From Camelus dromedarius (lineage: Eukaryota), in assembly GCF_036321535.1 (NCBI RefSeq), contig NC_087436.1, positions 108,936,001-109,000,000 on the forward strand: a DNA stretch of 64,000 nucleotides. The letters run 5' to 3'. Position 1 is the first letter of the stretch. Each line of letters begins with the position of its first letter. The notes below the pieces were generated by a model. That model was not told where the DNA came from, did not search any database, and worked only from the letters and a program-made list of their open reading frames with translations. This document shows positions 24,316 to 38,403 of the stretch, piece by piece. Position numbers and translations under genes: made by a program.

Positions 24316-25937
24316 CTTTTTTTTTCTTTCCCCTCCATCTCATCTTCCTCCACTCCTGGATCTGAGCATCTTCCTTTCTTGACAGGACTGTTAGTGATCT
24401 CCCTTACTCAGTATGCACATTTCTCCTTTTATCCTGTATTCACCCTATTATCCCGGCTAAAAATGTCCCTTCTGCTCATTCATACAGACATATCCTCAGG
24501 CAGCAGCTTTAAACCTAATCCTATCGTGAAATATTTTTTCCTTGTCTTATCTATGTCACTTACTTGGCGCAGAATCCTAAGCTGCATCTAGAGATTTATG
24601 TTTCTGATATTTCATTGCTGTCGAAGCTCCACATTACTATTTATAATTTCAGGTCTCCACCACTGGCTTGTTTGCTCCTTGGGTTCTAGATCTGTTGGAC
24701 TTTACTCCTTGGTGTTTGCCCTGTTGCTTAGCATGGTGCCCAGCTGAGCCAACAGTACGTGCGCAATGAACGTTTGTTGATGGCTAGATGCAGGGGCGGG
24801 TGGATGGTACTTGTGATGTCTCATCGATAGTACACCATGTCCCAGTTGTCTTTCTACTAACAAAGAAGGATGAGCTACAATGCACTGGGTTGAGCCCAGC
24901 ATGAAAGGAGCACTGCAAACCTGTACATTCCCTTCCTTGGTGGGTTCCGGGAAAATACAGAAGAAAGCACCCTTCCAGTGCACAGTCCAAAAGTTCTGGT
25001 TTGAGTGACTAAGGGAAGAGAGCTGAATAAGAAAGAACAGTGTCTGAAGAGCTATGCCATGATCTCACGCATAGATTTACTGACCATCCATCTAATGACA
25101 TCCCTTAGTTAGCCGACAGCCCTGCTCCTTCCTCAGACAGCTATTCAGAGCTTGTGACTCTGATCTTTAAGAGTCATAAAACACAACAGGGTAATTTTTT
25201 ATGAAGACAAAACACAAGATGCTGTAGTTTTTAGAAAAGTGGGACAAGCTGGGTTGTGGCTGTAGAAAAAGCAAGCCCACAACTTTCCCGTTTGGCGGGG
25301 TCTCCTAGTCCTCCTCCAGTACCCGCATCAGCATTCCACCCAACCAGCTCAAAAGGCCACCTGCGCTTTCATTTTTGAACGTGAGTCCCTCTTTTCTGTC
25401 TCTGTTCCTAACTCCAGGAGTCTCTAGATCGCAGTACCTGCCAAGGTAATCATAGTGGAGGGTGGCCTCCTTGAGGTGTGTCTGTCTGTCTTACTTGATT
25501 CATTCCACTATCCTGAATAAAGCCTTTTCCTTGGTCTTGACAACATAAAGTTGAATAAGACAAATTCAAGATCTCAAGGCATTTGCAGTGTAGGATGCAG
25601 AGTTACAGAGGAGGATGCTAAACGCTAAGAAGGAGGCATGCACCAGGTCTTTGGTACCAAAAAATAGATTTATTGAAACTGTTCTGGAGGTGTAGGGTTA
25701 TGGGAAGCTTCTCAGAGGATGTAAAAATCTTCACTTATTACCTTCTGTACTATGATGGGAACTTCAGCACACAAGAACCAATGTTCTTTCAGCAGGACTT
25801 ACACTAAAGTACCTTAAAAAACAGCAACCCCCATAATGTCATTGCCCATCTCTTACACAGAGCCGCCTGGAGGGGTGTGTCTCCAGCACCTGCCTCCCTG
25901 GGTTGTTCCTACGGGAAATCAGACAAAGTCTAGGAAC

Positions 25938-26300
25938 ATGTACTAATTTGCTAGAACCACCATAACAAAGTCCCAGCCTGGGGGGGTTAAATCACAAAAA
26001 TACACTTTCTCGCAGTTCCAAGGTCAAGATGTCTGCAGGTCTGGTTTCTTCTGAGGCCTTTCTCCTTGGCTTGTTGATGATTGTCTTCCCCTCGTGTCTT
26101 CACATGGTCCTCCTTCTGTAACAGTCTGTGTCCCAACTTCCCCTGTCTATCAGGACCCCAGCCATATTCATTTAGGGCCCACCCACATGAATTCATTTGA
26201 ACTCAATTCCTCCTTTAAAGACCTCATCCCCGAGTACAGTCACATTCTGAGGTTAAGGCTCCACCATTTGAATCTTGCATGGACACAGTTTACACCCTCA
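25938..26300 (-). mobile_element. MLT1 LTR
   Basis: tgtactaatttgctagaaccaccataacaaagt...ggtttcttctgaggcctttctccttggcttg...cagtcacattctgagg. Confidence 0.7.
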
Positions 26301-29268
26301 TGGGCTGGTTGAGGGGCTGTGGACTTCAGAGCCGGACCAACATGGGTTCAAGTCTCAGCTCCAGCTGTGCGATCTCGGGGGCGTCACCTCCACAAAGAGG
26401 CCTCAAACATGTCTATTTGTGAAGCAGGACACGTGAGACTGCAAGGAACGTGCTGGTGCCCGGCAAGGAGCAGCTCCTTGATAAACAAAGCTCCTTCAGT
26501 GCTCAGGCTCCGTGTCACCAAAGATAGCTGACGATGTTTCTCATCCGTCTCCCACAACTTCTTCCTCCTCTGCTATGTTTCCTGTAACTGGAGGACCTTT
26601 ATAAAAATGTCTGCCCCACAGATTCTTGCTCCTTCTATCAGGACAGTTGGGACAATGGGAAGTTTTCTGGTCTCCCTTTCGGCTCGGCTCCAGGGACTGA
26701 CCCCGTACTTTGTGAACCTCTCCTTGACGCTTACTGGAAACAAGAAAAAAAAAAAAAAAAGGAGAGAGAGAGAGAAGACTGTGGTCTTTGCCTTCCAGTA
26801 ACATAATGGAGTCTGTTTCCTTGGGGTTTGGCAGACAGAGGTGCTGGTGGCAACATGACAAGGTCATGCCCTCTTGTCTGTGGTTGCTGTTCCAGTTGAA
26901 GCCCCCCGTTAAACACAGACTGGGGCCACGGGGAGCCCACAATGCAGCCTGCCACCAGGCAGTCCTGGGAAGCACAATTCTCATTTTGGAATAAAACAAA
27001 CAAACACCAGTCTTTGAATACTTTCACGCTCAGGGTCATCTGTGTCACCGGCATGGCCTGCAGGACCCCGGAGAGATATAAAATCAGCAAGTGGCCCTTT
27101 GATCTCGCACCTTCTATGGAACGTTTTAATCAATTAACCATGAAGTCCCTCCACTTCACTCAAGCAAGCCTAGATACAAGCTGACTTTGGTCTGGCTGAC
27201 TCCTGCGTCTGAGATCAAAGATTGAATCAAATGCCAAATTCAGCCAGGATTATTCTGAGGCTTTTCCCCAGCGAGTTCCTCCCCCAGCTCTGAGAAGCAC
27301 TTTTCTCTCAAGGACAGAGAGGGGAGATTTTGGAGGCTGATGGACACATAAAAAACGCTTCACGACAACTTAGGGAACCCATCAGGATAAGAGGCAAGGT
27401 AGTGGCCAGTGGGGGTTGTCGGGATAAACTCAGTTAGACAAAGTCCATTTTGGAAGTTAAAAAATATGGTGAGAGAAAAAAAATGAAATATGTTTTCTGA
27501 GGGAATTTTGAGAGTGGTCTCCTGTTGAGGGAATGAAGATGTAGCTGTGAGATTAATTAGATGTATGCGATCAGGCCCTGAATCTCCTAGTCTCAGGGCT
27601 GCAGTCTAACCTGATCACCTGCTAGTAATGATGTACGGTGCTGTCATTCTCAGGAATAAAACGCCTTCCCAGCCGTGCGTGCGTTGGTGAGCGGATGTGG
27701 GGATAAAACAGTGGTTCTTACCATGTTGCCACAAAGGAAGAGTTGAAAGTGATCATTTGCGGGGCACCTGCTGTCTTGGCCCAGTGCTAGGAACTTGACG
27801 TAGTATCTCAATTTTCACCCTTACAGGAACCCTGGGGAAGGCACATATATTAACATTCTCAGAGGATGAACCCAAATCTCAGAGCAGTTCGAAAACTTGC
27901 TTGTGGTCAGACAGAGACTCCAAGACCCCAGCTCTTTAATAACATCCACTTGTCATCATTCATTTGTGCCATTTTTCACCTATGGGCTGCATCGTGTGAA
28001 AAATTCGCTCCACTCTACACCCCCAAATAATTTATTGTCTTGATTTCAAGTACAGATGTCTATAACTGCTGATCATAGCTTTTGGTCAGCATGAACTAAT
28101 CAGTGTCAGGACACTGGGCTCGTAAATTCCCAGTCCAAAGGGAAGAAAGGGCAGACTCATCACTGGAAAATAAAACACACTGTCCTGAAAGACTGAAAAT
28201 AATCGTAACTCTTCATTAAGCACCTTTCATATACCAGTCATCGTACTGGCCATCTTCTTTATCTTACCGTTCCTCTGTCCCAGAGCCTGTGACATAGACA
28301 TTTTTATCCCCATTTTACAGATACTGACCAAAGATTCAAAACGGGGAAGAAACTTCCTTAGTCTTCCTTGGCTAGGAACTTGGATTTGAATCTCAAGCCC
28401 CTTTCACACAGCTTCTGGGTCTGTATTAATCATCTTGTTAGAATATTGGAGTTTGAGAATCCAGACAGGGAAGACTTTGCTGTATCAATTAAAGCACATG
28501 GTATTTTTAAAAAGTTACATTTTTAAAAGGGTCTTCTAAAATTTGGAAGATGAAGAGACGTCACTGAATACTGTGGTCTTGGCCTGCGTGTGAATGCCCA
28601 GTGGGTTTCCAATGTGGGAAGCACCAACGAAGCCCACAGCAGCACACTTAATGGGTTCAGTTTAATTCTTATTTCGTATTGAAAGTATTTCCCAATGCTG
28701 GTCCCAATAGAAAAAGGCGAAGGGTTACTGAGAAGATTTTTAAAAATAACTGGCTCTAAATACTGTCAAACAAAGCAAAAAAAAAATTTACAAAAGAGTG
28801 AAGTGAAAGAAGATTTCGGTCCAATTTGAAGAAGAATCAAGACGCTAAAGACGTACACAGAGTCCAAATGGGCAGAGTTGAGTCACCATTGTCATGTGAA
28901 GCAAAGTAGAGAGTTTGGGGTGAGGTTTGGAAAGGAAGAGAGTGTGCCTATGTGGCTTGGGGCCTGTGGTCCAGAGAGCTGGACAGAGGAAGAGACCCCT
29001 GCACCATGTCATCCTTGACAGCACATGTGGTAGGGACTAGGATTAGAAGCACTGAATGGACTAGAAGATGTCTATGTGGTCAGTGGGACCACTTAGCTAA
29101 CCAGGAATTCTGAAAAACAGGAGAGTGGTTTGGGTTATGATTCAGGAGGAAACCACTGAGTGGAGGTGGTTCCAATATAGTAACCACAGCACTGGATGCA
29201 GATGCTCTCACATGTCCTGGTTGGGTTTGGAATCTCCCTTCTGTGCAGTTGCCTCCAAAAAAAATAGG

Positions 29269-29487
29269 AGTTTGGGATTAGTAGATACCCATTACTGTAT
29301 ATAAAATAGATAAACAACAAGGACCTACTGTATAGCACAGGGAACCACATTTATTTCCTTGTAATGAGATGCAATGGAAAAGAATCTGAAAAAAAATGTA
29401 TATGTATAACTGAATCACTTCGCTGTTCACATGAAACTAACTTTGTAAATAAACTACTCTTCAATAAAAAAAATAACTAAATATAAA
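29269..29487 (+). mobile_element. Short L1 3' end nested at the 5' edge of another L1
   Basis: gagtttgggattagtagatac...ctactgtatagcacagggaac...tcaataaaaaaaa, with TSD aaaaaaaatagg (29257-29268 / 29488-29499). Confidence 0.7.
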
Positions 29488-30400
29488 AAAAAAAATAGGC
29501 AGAAGACCTGAGTAGACATTTTCCAAGGAAGAAACATGCCACACAGATGGCCAACAGCCACATGAAAAGATGTTCACGAACAGTAATCATCTGGGAAATG
29601 CACATCAAACCCACAATGAGATATCACCTCACACCTGTCAGAACGGCTGTCGTGGAAGACCAAATGTCAGGGAGGGTGTGGAGAAAAGGGAGCCCTAGCA
29701 CACTGCTGGTGGTCGTATAAATTGGTGCTGCTCTTACAGAAAATAGTACGGAGGTTCCTCAAAAAGCCAACAGTAGAACTGCCATATGAGCTAGCAATTG
29801 CACTGCTGGGTGTATGTCCAAAGAAAATGAAAACACTAATTTGAAGAGCTACGTGCACCCCAGTGCTCATAGCAGCATTATTTACAATAGTCAGGATATG
29901 AGGGTGATCTAGGTGCCCATGGAGAGCTGAAAGGATAAAGAAGATGTGGCATATACATGCAATGGAATGTCACTCACCCCACAGAAAAGAATAAAATCTT
30001 GCCATTTGCAACAACGTGGATGGACCTGGAGGGTATTGTGCTTGGTGAAATAACTCAGAGAAAAAAACAATGCATGTTTTTATTGACATGTGGAATCTAA
30101 AAATTAAAACAAATTAACAATTTTAATAAAACAGAAACAGACTCAAAAGTACAGAGAACAAAGTAGTGGTAAGAGAGGGGAGAAGGGGAGAGGGAGGAGC
30201 AAGACAGATGAAGGGGAATAAGATGTACAAACTGCTAGTTACAATGTAAATAAGTCAGAAGGATGCAATGTACAGCGCAGAGAATATAGTGAGTATTTCA
30301 TGATAACTTTGAATGTGTGTAATCTGTAGAAATATTGAGTCACTGTGTTGTATGCCTGAAACTAATAATGTAAATCAACTATACTTCAATAAATTTAAAA
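29488..30400 (+). mobile_element. L1 fragment (ORF2 C-terminus and 3' UTR)
   Basis: cagaagacctgagtagacattttcc...gccatttgcaacaacgtggatggacctggagggtatt...aactatacttcaataaa. Confidence 0.85.
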
Positions 30401-30464
30401 AGTCTTTTATAAGAAAAAAATTTCGGTAGAAATACCCCGCATAGGGAATGAGAGAGAAGCGCTG

Positions 30465-30700
30465 ATAATAATGGCTAATACTTGTTGAGTGCTTAGTAAG
30501 CGCTTATTTTAAGTACTTCAAATAGCGTAAGTCATTTTCCCCTCATGACAACCCTTTAAGGTGCGTGCTATTCACAGATGAGGAAACTGAGGCACTGAGG
30601 GGGAAATTGACTTGCCCAAGTTCACACAGTGGGTGCCTACAGGAGTGGGGGTTGAAAACCGGACACTGTCTGTGAGGTCACGCACCCACCAGCCACTGTA
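30465..30700 (-). mobile_element. MIR SINE
   Basis: cacagatgaggaaactgaggcac...gacttgcccaagttcacacag. Confidence 0.7.
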
Positions 30701-33609
30701 TTACCATGGCCTGCACGGGATGTTAGAGCAGAGATACATTCGAACTGTTTTCTGTTCAGTCAGCTCACCCCAGGGTGAGGAAGGGAAGTGAGTATTCCCT
30801 TATCATAATGTTTAATTTTTCTCTGGTGTGGACTCTCTTTTTAAAAACATAAACTTCAGAGACCTTAGCGTAGTCCCAATATCATGATTACATGATTACC
30901 TTAAGGGAGCCATGGTAGGTGAATTTGACCGAATATTTGATCTCTCTGGGGAGACGCTGCCCCAGGGATGAACAAACTGAAGTCTCTGTGGCTGGGACAG
31001 AGCCTCTGAGCCTGTAAGGAGAACTCTTAAGGAGAAGCAAATAACCGACCCCAAGGACCTACTGTGCGTCAAGCACCCAGGTGAGGGCGCTGCCCACATT
31101 ACTAGAAATGCCACCTGTTTCTTCACCTATCCCCCCCACTGAGGAAAACAGAACTGGGATGGCATCATCATTCCCTACAGCTCAGCTGTATTTGACCTTG
31201 GTGGTATTTGAACACGAACACTGCAATTTGCTCAATTATTGGTGTTTTTTCCACTTATCATGGTGTCTCCCAAAGGCAAGAGAAACTCAGAAGATGAAAA
31301 CCTTACAGGCACTGGTCAGGGTACATAACCTTAATCGCCCTCCTTGCAGTTAGCATCAAAAGAAGGACTGTGACAAAAAAATTAATTCAGTATTCATGGA
31401 TGATCAGCTAAAACAGAGGCTTTATTGATCATATAAGTTAAAAAACATTTTGAGCATATTCGACCAATGTAAGTATATTCATTTATTAAATGATTTTCTA
31501 TACATGTAGCACTAGGAAAATATATACTTTTTGAAACAAATAAAAACACAATCGGACAGGGTAAAAATAAATGTAGCTGAATATTGAGATATTTTCTTCC
31601 CTTGCCCCTTGGAATGTTTTTGCACACATCATGGGGTGTTTGTACCCCTTTTGAGGGGGCCAAGTCACAAAGGATGTGTTCATTCATTCCTGTGGATCTT
31701 TGCATGTTGTTCCTGGGTCAAGTTAATTAATCAGAATACTTGGATTTTATTTTGTTGATCCTGATGGAATTGGGCATTTTGGGGTTTTTTCCCCAAAATT
31801 TGGATTTGGCAGTATGCCCCTGAGGGAAATTATGACAATAAGAGATGGCTTTAGAACATTTGTTAGTCATTTGAGGTCTTTGGTTGAGAATGTGACCCAC
31901 TTCCTAAACCACTGTCCTTTTCCTAAAATTTCTCTCAAGCTTCAGGGTCAGGAAATTCTGGGTTTCTCCACAGACAACTGATTCACTTTCTGCACATGGG
32001 CTGGGATCACGTTTCCCACTGTTTTGGCCACTAGGTTTCTCAGAATTGAATGTACCAGCCTCTTTACCATTTTTCAAAACTTTAAGATAGTCATGTATTA
32101 GATACTTTGATTCTCTTGTTAGCCAAACCTCATTTCACCTTTATTTATGTAGCTTGTTAGAAAAATCACATCAAAAGAGCTACTATTCATTGAGTTTGTG
32201 CTATTTCCCAGGCAAATTTGTGGGGACTTTGCATGTGTTATGTATTTGTAACAATTATGCAGTAAAGCAAATACTGTTACAGTGTACAGGCGAGGAAAAT
32301 CAGATTTGTTTGCTCCAAAGTTAATGTTCTCTTCCCACTTTAGTTGTGGGTGTCATTCGGTAACTTACCTCAAGTCCATTTTAGAAACTGAGGCTTATAC
32401 ATCCACAAATCAGTGAGGATGAACTGAACAACTCTCTAATCTTAAACCAAAAAAATCTTGTTTCAAATCCCTTTGACATTCCTAGATCAGCTGCGAGGAT
32501 GATTGGCTGATGTGGGAGACACTGGCTACTTGTTTCCCAAACTCACTTCCTCTTTTTCCTGAGGAAACAGCTAGTCTTCCTTCCCCAGCCCCACTGAAGT
32601 CAGGTGTGGCCACACCTGTGTTCTGGCCAATGAGAGGTCATCAGAAGTGATGAGCGCTGCTTCCCGAGCGGGTGCATAAACTCTCCATAGACAGTGCTCA
32701 CTTCCGTTCTTCCAGGGAGGCGCAGATTATCATCACAGTCTTTTTCATCATGGCAGAGCCACAAGGTGGAAAGAGTCTGGGTCCTTGACTGTCCTCTAGA
32801 GGAGCAGAACTTCATGCTTATGAAGAATGCTCTTTTTCATTTTTACTTGAGTGAAAAATTAACTTCTATTTTGGAAAGCTTCTGAGATTTGGGGTTATTT
32901 GTTATAGTGGCCAATTTCCTTTTCTATAAATAGAGGTATCGATATTTATTCCCCAGGGTTATTGTGGAGGCTAAATGAGACAATGGATGTAAATACGGTG
33001 TCTGGGATATGACAGGTGTTCCATTAGTTATTGTAATTATTGGGATAATTAGTAGGTAACTCAAGTGTTGTCAAGTTACAGATCTTTCTGAGTAGCCCTC
33101 CATCTTTCAGGAATTCTAGCCTCCTCTCAAGATTGCAAAGTGTCCGTAGGAGAAACACATTTTTCTGATAATTGTCTATCCTAGATTTCTTCCTGATTAC
33201 CTCTGGTTAGATCCTTACTTCACTCCCTGGTGCTTTAGCCTCCTTAGTTTTCCTCACCCCACATTTTATTCAAAAGACAGAGCTAACAAAGAGCTGATGG
33301 CTATTGCTAAAGACTTTAGAACAGAGTAAGTAAAGGAATCACAGCACAGGAGGACAACTTTAAGATGGCTGTTGAATTTCATTTCCCTGAAAATTTCTCA
33401 GCCAGGTTTTCTTTGGGCTATTTCTTTCTCTAGAACCCTGTGAGCCTTTGAGTAGCCCTACTGAAATCAGAGTACCCTCTCCCTCCAGTTCCCTCCAAGA
33501 CCTCCACAGAAAAATCTAAAATATCAAAAATCTCTCAGAACAGAAAACTCCACAATAACCAGAACCACTACTACCTTGGTCTGCCCTCCCAGCCATTCAA
33601 ATGATTAAG

Positions 33610-34128
33610 TAATGTATATATATATATATGTGTACACATATATATACACACACACACACAAACACAATGGAAGGAATACTACTCAGCCATAAAAAAGAAT
33701 AAAGTAATGTCATTTGCAGCAACATGGACGGACCTGGAGATCGTCATTCTAAGTGAAGTAAACCAGAAAAAGAAAGAAAAATAACATATGATATCACTTA
33801 TATTTGGAGTCTAAAAAAAGGGCACAAATGAAGTAATTTACAAAACAGAAACAGACTCTCACAGGAAACAAACTCATGGGCACCAGGAGGGAAGGGGTTG
33901 GGGAGGGATAAAATGAGTGTTCGAGATTTGCAGATACTAACTACTATATATAAAATAAACAAGTTTCTTCTGTATAGCTCAGGGAGCTATATTCAATACC
34001 TTGTAGTAACCTATAATGAAAAAGAATATGAAAAGGAATATATGCATGTATATGTATGAGCGAAACATTATGCTGTGCACCAGAAATTGACACAACGTTG
34101 TAAACTGACTATACTTCAATGAAAAAAA
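33610..34128 (+). mobile_element. L1 3' end (camelid-type 3' UTR) with (TA)n(CA)n at its 5' side
   Basis: ggaatactactcagccataaaaaagaat...caccagaaattgacacaacgttgtaaactgactatacttcaatgaaaaaaaa. Confidence 0.85.
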
Positions 34129-34479
34129 ATGCTCCTCCTTGGAAATATGTCACCCTTAAATCGGGGCAGTTGTAATAAATGCTTACAACATTCTGAAGTC
34201 AACACAGGAAGTGACAGGGACTTGAAGTGAATCCCAAGTATCACATTATCTAATTGAACCAGCACCTGAATAGGCATCAAGTGGTAATTATCACTCTTTG
34301 TTTTTCTTTTTAAGCAAAAGGCTTCTATACATATATACGAAGTGTCTATAAAGGGATATAAAAGGAAATAAAAGTGAGACTTCTCTCGCTAGAGTTCAGA
34401 GGGTGGGGCAGTGTGCTGCAGGTCGGATTTTTCAGCCTCTTTCTCATGCTACCTCCTCCCCCTTTGCTACTTTAAATAT

Positions 34480-35331
34480 TCTAACATCCAGTTCCAACGT
34501 GTGTGTGGGCAGGGTTGGGGAAGAAGAAGGGGAAAGACGGGCTAGAAGGGGAGAAGGATTCCACACCACCAAGCAATTCTGCAAGACCAGCTAAGCATCC
34601 TACACTTCAATTCAATTCTGCCACTGTCTACCTAGAGATAGCACCAAATCCCACAGGTTAAGGGCTCAGTCCCACAAGACTGCCCCCACCCACCCACCTT
34701 GCTGCGGATGCCAGTAACAATTCCAGGCTGTCACTGACGCTTCTGACCAAATGGCTATGAATCAGAGGTTCCCATGACCCCCTCCTTGGGTTTGATTAAT
34801 TTGCTAGAGTGGCACACAGAACTCAGGAACCCATTTATTCACCAGACTACTGGTTTATTACAAAAGATACTAAAGGATAACATCAATGGTCAGATGAAGT
34901 AAAGCAAAGGGCAAGGTATGGGGGATGGTGTAGAGTTTCCGTGCCCTCTCCCCAGTCTCCACGTGGCCACCAACCCAGAAACTCTCCGAATATCACCCTT
35001 TTGGGTTTTTATGGAGGCTTCATTACATAAGCATGATTGATAAAACCATTGGCCATTGGCAATTCATTCAACCTCCAGCCTCACTCCCCTCCCTGGAAAT
35101 CAGGGGGGTGGAACTGAAAGTTTCAACCCTCAAATGACATGGTTGGCTCTCCTGGTAACCAGCCCCATCCTTAGCTGGGGTTCTAAAGTTATCTCACTAA
35201 CGTAAGAAAAGACAGCATTATGGCTCTCATAACTCAGGAAATTCCAGGGGTTTTAGAAGCTCTACGCCGGGAACAAAAGAGGAAGACCAAATACATATAT
35301 ACACACACATGATCACAATCACAGTATCGCA
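34480..35331 (-). mobile_element. MER21-like LTR
   Basis: caccaagcaattctgc..caccaaatcccacaggttaagggctcagtcccacaagactgccccc...aatcacagtatcgca. Confidence 0.7.
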
Positions 35332-36674
35332 CACCTCCACAGCTGCGGTTTAAAAACTGCTGACCTGTGTCAACCCCTGGTTCCCTACTCGGAATCTCCC
35401 ACCCACATTCCTAATCTACTTCTACCTTTGCTTGCATTCCCAGATCAGCCCCGTCATTGGCACTTCCCTCATTTACACACAGCCTTGAGAATCTAGTCTG
35501 CGTGAAGCGCTGAGCTAAATGTTTCCGGCAACATAAATAGAAATCAGAGGTAACACCTGCCCCCAAGGCATCAATCGTCTAGCAGAGGAGGTGATGTCGT
35601 ACATTAATTAGAGCACTGGAAAGGAAGCGTGGTTGAAGCTGCTGGGAAATTATGTACTATTCTTGTATTTCCCTTCTATGTCTTTGTTTTCTGCAGAAGC
35701 CTTGTAGGCTAGGAATGGGAGGGAGCTGGCAAGGGTGTGTCTGAGCTTCTGGGTCTCTGATCTAGGAAAGTGCGAGAATCCTAAATACAATCATAAAATA
35801 AAAGCCACCATTTAATGAAAACTTACTTGGGTGTCAAGAACTTTTCTAAGCCCCTTTGGGTGTTTTAACCAATAATCTTACAATAATGTGTGTGGTTGGC
35901 AGTGGATACCCGTTTCTTCATTTGTAAACAGCAGGGAAAGGCCTGGGATTTGAACCCTGGCTGGGCAGCTTCTGACCAGTTTCACGATCCCCTTTCTCAC
36001 TAAGGCATTGATTCTATGTTTAAATTTCCACTTTTCATCAAAGATGTTGATTCCTACAGCTGACAAATATTTTGAACACTTACCCCATGTCAGACACTGA
36101 GCGTATCACCGGGAAGAAAATACCCTTGGCTCTTATGTGATCTGGTTCAGGAGAAAGACAAGCTTGCAACTCTAACTAATGCAGTAGAACACGAACTACA
36201 ATAAGAGTTCCCGAGAATTATGAGAAAGCTGATTTTCATTTCCATGGTGATTTGTAGCTTACCAAGTGCTTTCACACGTTAGATCCCTTTTAGTGCAAAA
36301 CAGACAGCAATGAGGTGGCGGGGGATGGGGGGGAGGTGTGGACTAAAATCCCTGTATAATGAGTTGAAGAATGATTTATTCCACAGAATTCATCTCTTGA
36401 AGGACATTGGATTTTGGAAAGGGAAGAAACTGATTTAGAAGATTAGCCAGAGAAAGGGCCTGGGTGTGGGGAAAACAGTTCTGCTTCAGACAGAGAGACA
36501 TTTGCTTTCTCTTCTGGGACTGGAGCAAGGGAGTGAGAGAGAGGCAGTGAGGAAAAGGAGAGAAAGGGTTGGAAAGGCTGTGGGGAGAGGTTCTGTAATG
36601 CAGCCTTCCCTTTGGAGACCTGGTATCCATGGCAAAACGTCCCTCAAACAGGTTTTCCAACTATGGACTCTAAT

Positions 36675-36895
36675 TCATTTATTTTTTTTCAATAGACTCT
36701 ATTTTTTTAGAGCAGTTTCAGGTTTACAACAGAACTGAGCAGAAAATGCAGAGTTTGCACATAGCCCTCCCCACCCACACGTATATACTCCCCTCCCTGC
36801 AACATCCCTCATCAGTGTGGCATTTTTGGTACAACTGATGAACCAAAATGGACACATTATTATCAACCAAATTCCATAGTTTACATTAGGGTTAT
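36675..36895 (-). mobile_element. Old L1M 3' end fragment
   Basis: ttttagagcagtttcaggtttacaacagaactgagcagaa...gacacattattatcaaccaaattccatagtttacattagggtt. Confidence 0.7.
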
Positions 36896-37196
36896 GAACC
36901 CTTATTTTTAATTTTTTAAAATTATTTTATTTTATTTTAAAATTTTAAATGTATAAGTGGTCAGTGAACAAAATATGGAAAATGCATGCTGGTATAAAAG
37001 AGGCCTGTTAGCCAAAGAATCACTTTCTACATTTTACTGTTTTTTATTTCCTACCTTTATCATCACACGTCATAGTTCAAAATTAGGAGAATACTGCTTA
37101 TGTTATTCTGTTGTTCACTTCATATATTGTTAGCATTTCTCTAAATGTCTCAGTATCATCTGAATATTTATTTCCCTCCACAGTACAGCGTCCCTT

Positions 37197-37840
37197 TGTA
37201 GACCTTTTCCAAAGCATCCTCACTCGGTTTCCTCGCTGAGCTTCAGGACGACCACTTTGAATGGGGAGGGGCAGTTATCTAGCCTAGGTGATGGAGAAAT
37301 GTGGGTCTATTATTGAGAGTTTAGCTCTGTACTCCATGCTACTGCTGCCTGGGCACCCTTTTTTTTTTTTTTTTTTTGGCCAAGCCTCCCTCAGGGGCTT
37401 TAAACTGACACTAGCCACTCTATGCAAGTGTGTGCTCCAGGTGACAGCCCCGGGAGTCATAAACAAAAAAAGTTTCTGATGTAACTTTCCCAACAGCCCT
37501 TGTGAGCAACAGTTTTCCCTTTATACATCCCTTAGATGAGAACCCGCTGGAGCATACCCAAACCCACTCTTTTTTGGTTTGAATCAACCCATCTGGCCTT
37601 AGCCCTGGAACCCCAGTGCCCTTCACCCATGAACCCTGATAAAGGTATGTGTCCCGGGTCCTGCCTCCTTCTTTGCATCCTGCTTTGACCTCCCCAGGGA
37701 GCCCCTGGAGCGTGCTGTGTGCTTTCTCCCCGGGACCTATGAGTAATGTACTTCTCTATTTCAGTTTCTATGTGACCTGTTGTTGAATGCAGGTAGCAGT
37801 CATCACCGTGTGTCCCACTTAGCAAATGTTAATTTAACAA
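37197..37840 (+). mobile_element. Probable ERV LTR
   Basis: TG...CA-bounded block with LTR-like U3/R composition; family not identified. Confidence 0.4.
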
Positions 37841-38027
37841 AGTCCTAACACCTGTTCAAGTTGGACTTGCCTTGGGTAACAGAAGGTCAATAAGAGAGAA
37901 CAAGGAAGCTCAAGTTGTTTGAAAACCTGCCTACGAGAGCATCCATCCAGGATACAGATAGTTTATACAAAATCCACAGCTCACTATGGTAGTATTAAAT
38001 AGATATTCCCAGCCTGACTTGCCAAGG

Positions 38028-38403
38028 CTGTAAAAGAAACATTTTGCCTGGACACATTAAAAATGGTAAGGAAGGCTCTATTCAAGACTATTGCAATAGG
38101 GGAGAGAGATGGAAATCAACTCCAAACGCAACAGGAACAAGTAGGGATTTATAGCCAATGGAGAGGGAAGAAGTGAATGGAAAATTACTAAGAAGAATTT
38201 TGTTGGGCATTAAGAGGGCCTGATTAGAGATCAAGGATTTGGGAAGAGAAACTTGATTAACCAATATACGTAGGGAAATTCTTGATAAACTGGCTTAACA
38301 AGATTCTTTGCTAACAGCGAGATTCGCAGGAAAAGGACACGACAGAGGTAAGAAGACCCAAAGGAGCCTGACTGAAGTTTGGTTAAAGAAGGAGTCTTTG
38401 TCA
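38028..38403 (-). mobile_element. ERV1 LTR (MER31-like)
   Basis: tgtaaaag...attcaagactattgcaataggggagagag...ggagtctttgtca. Confidence 0.55.
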
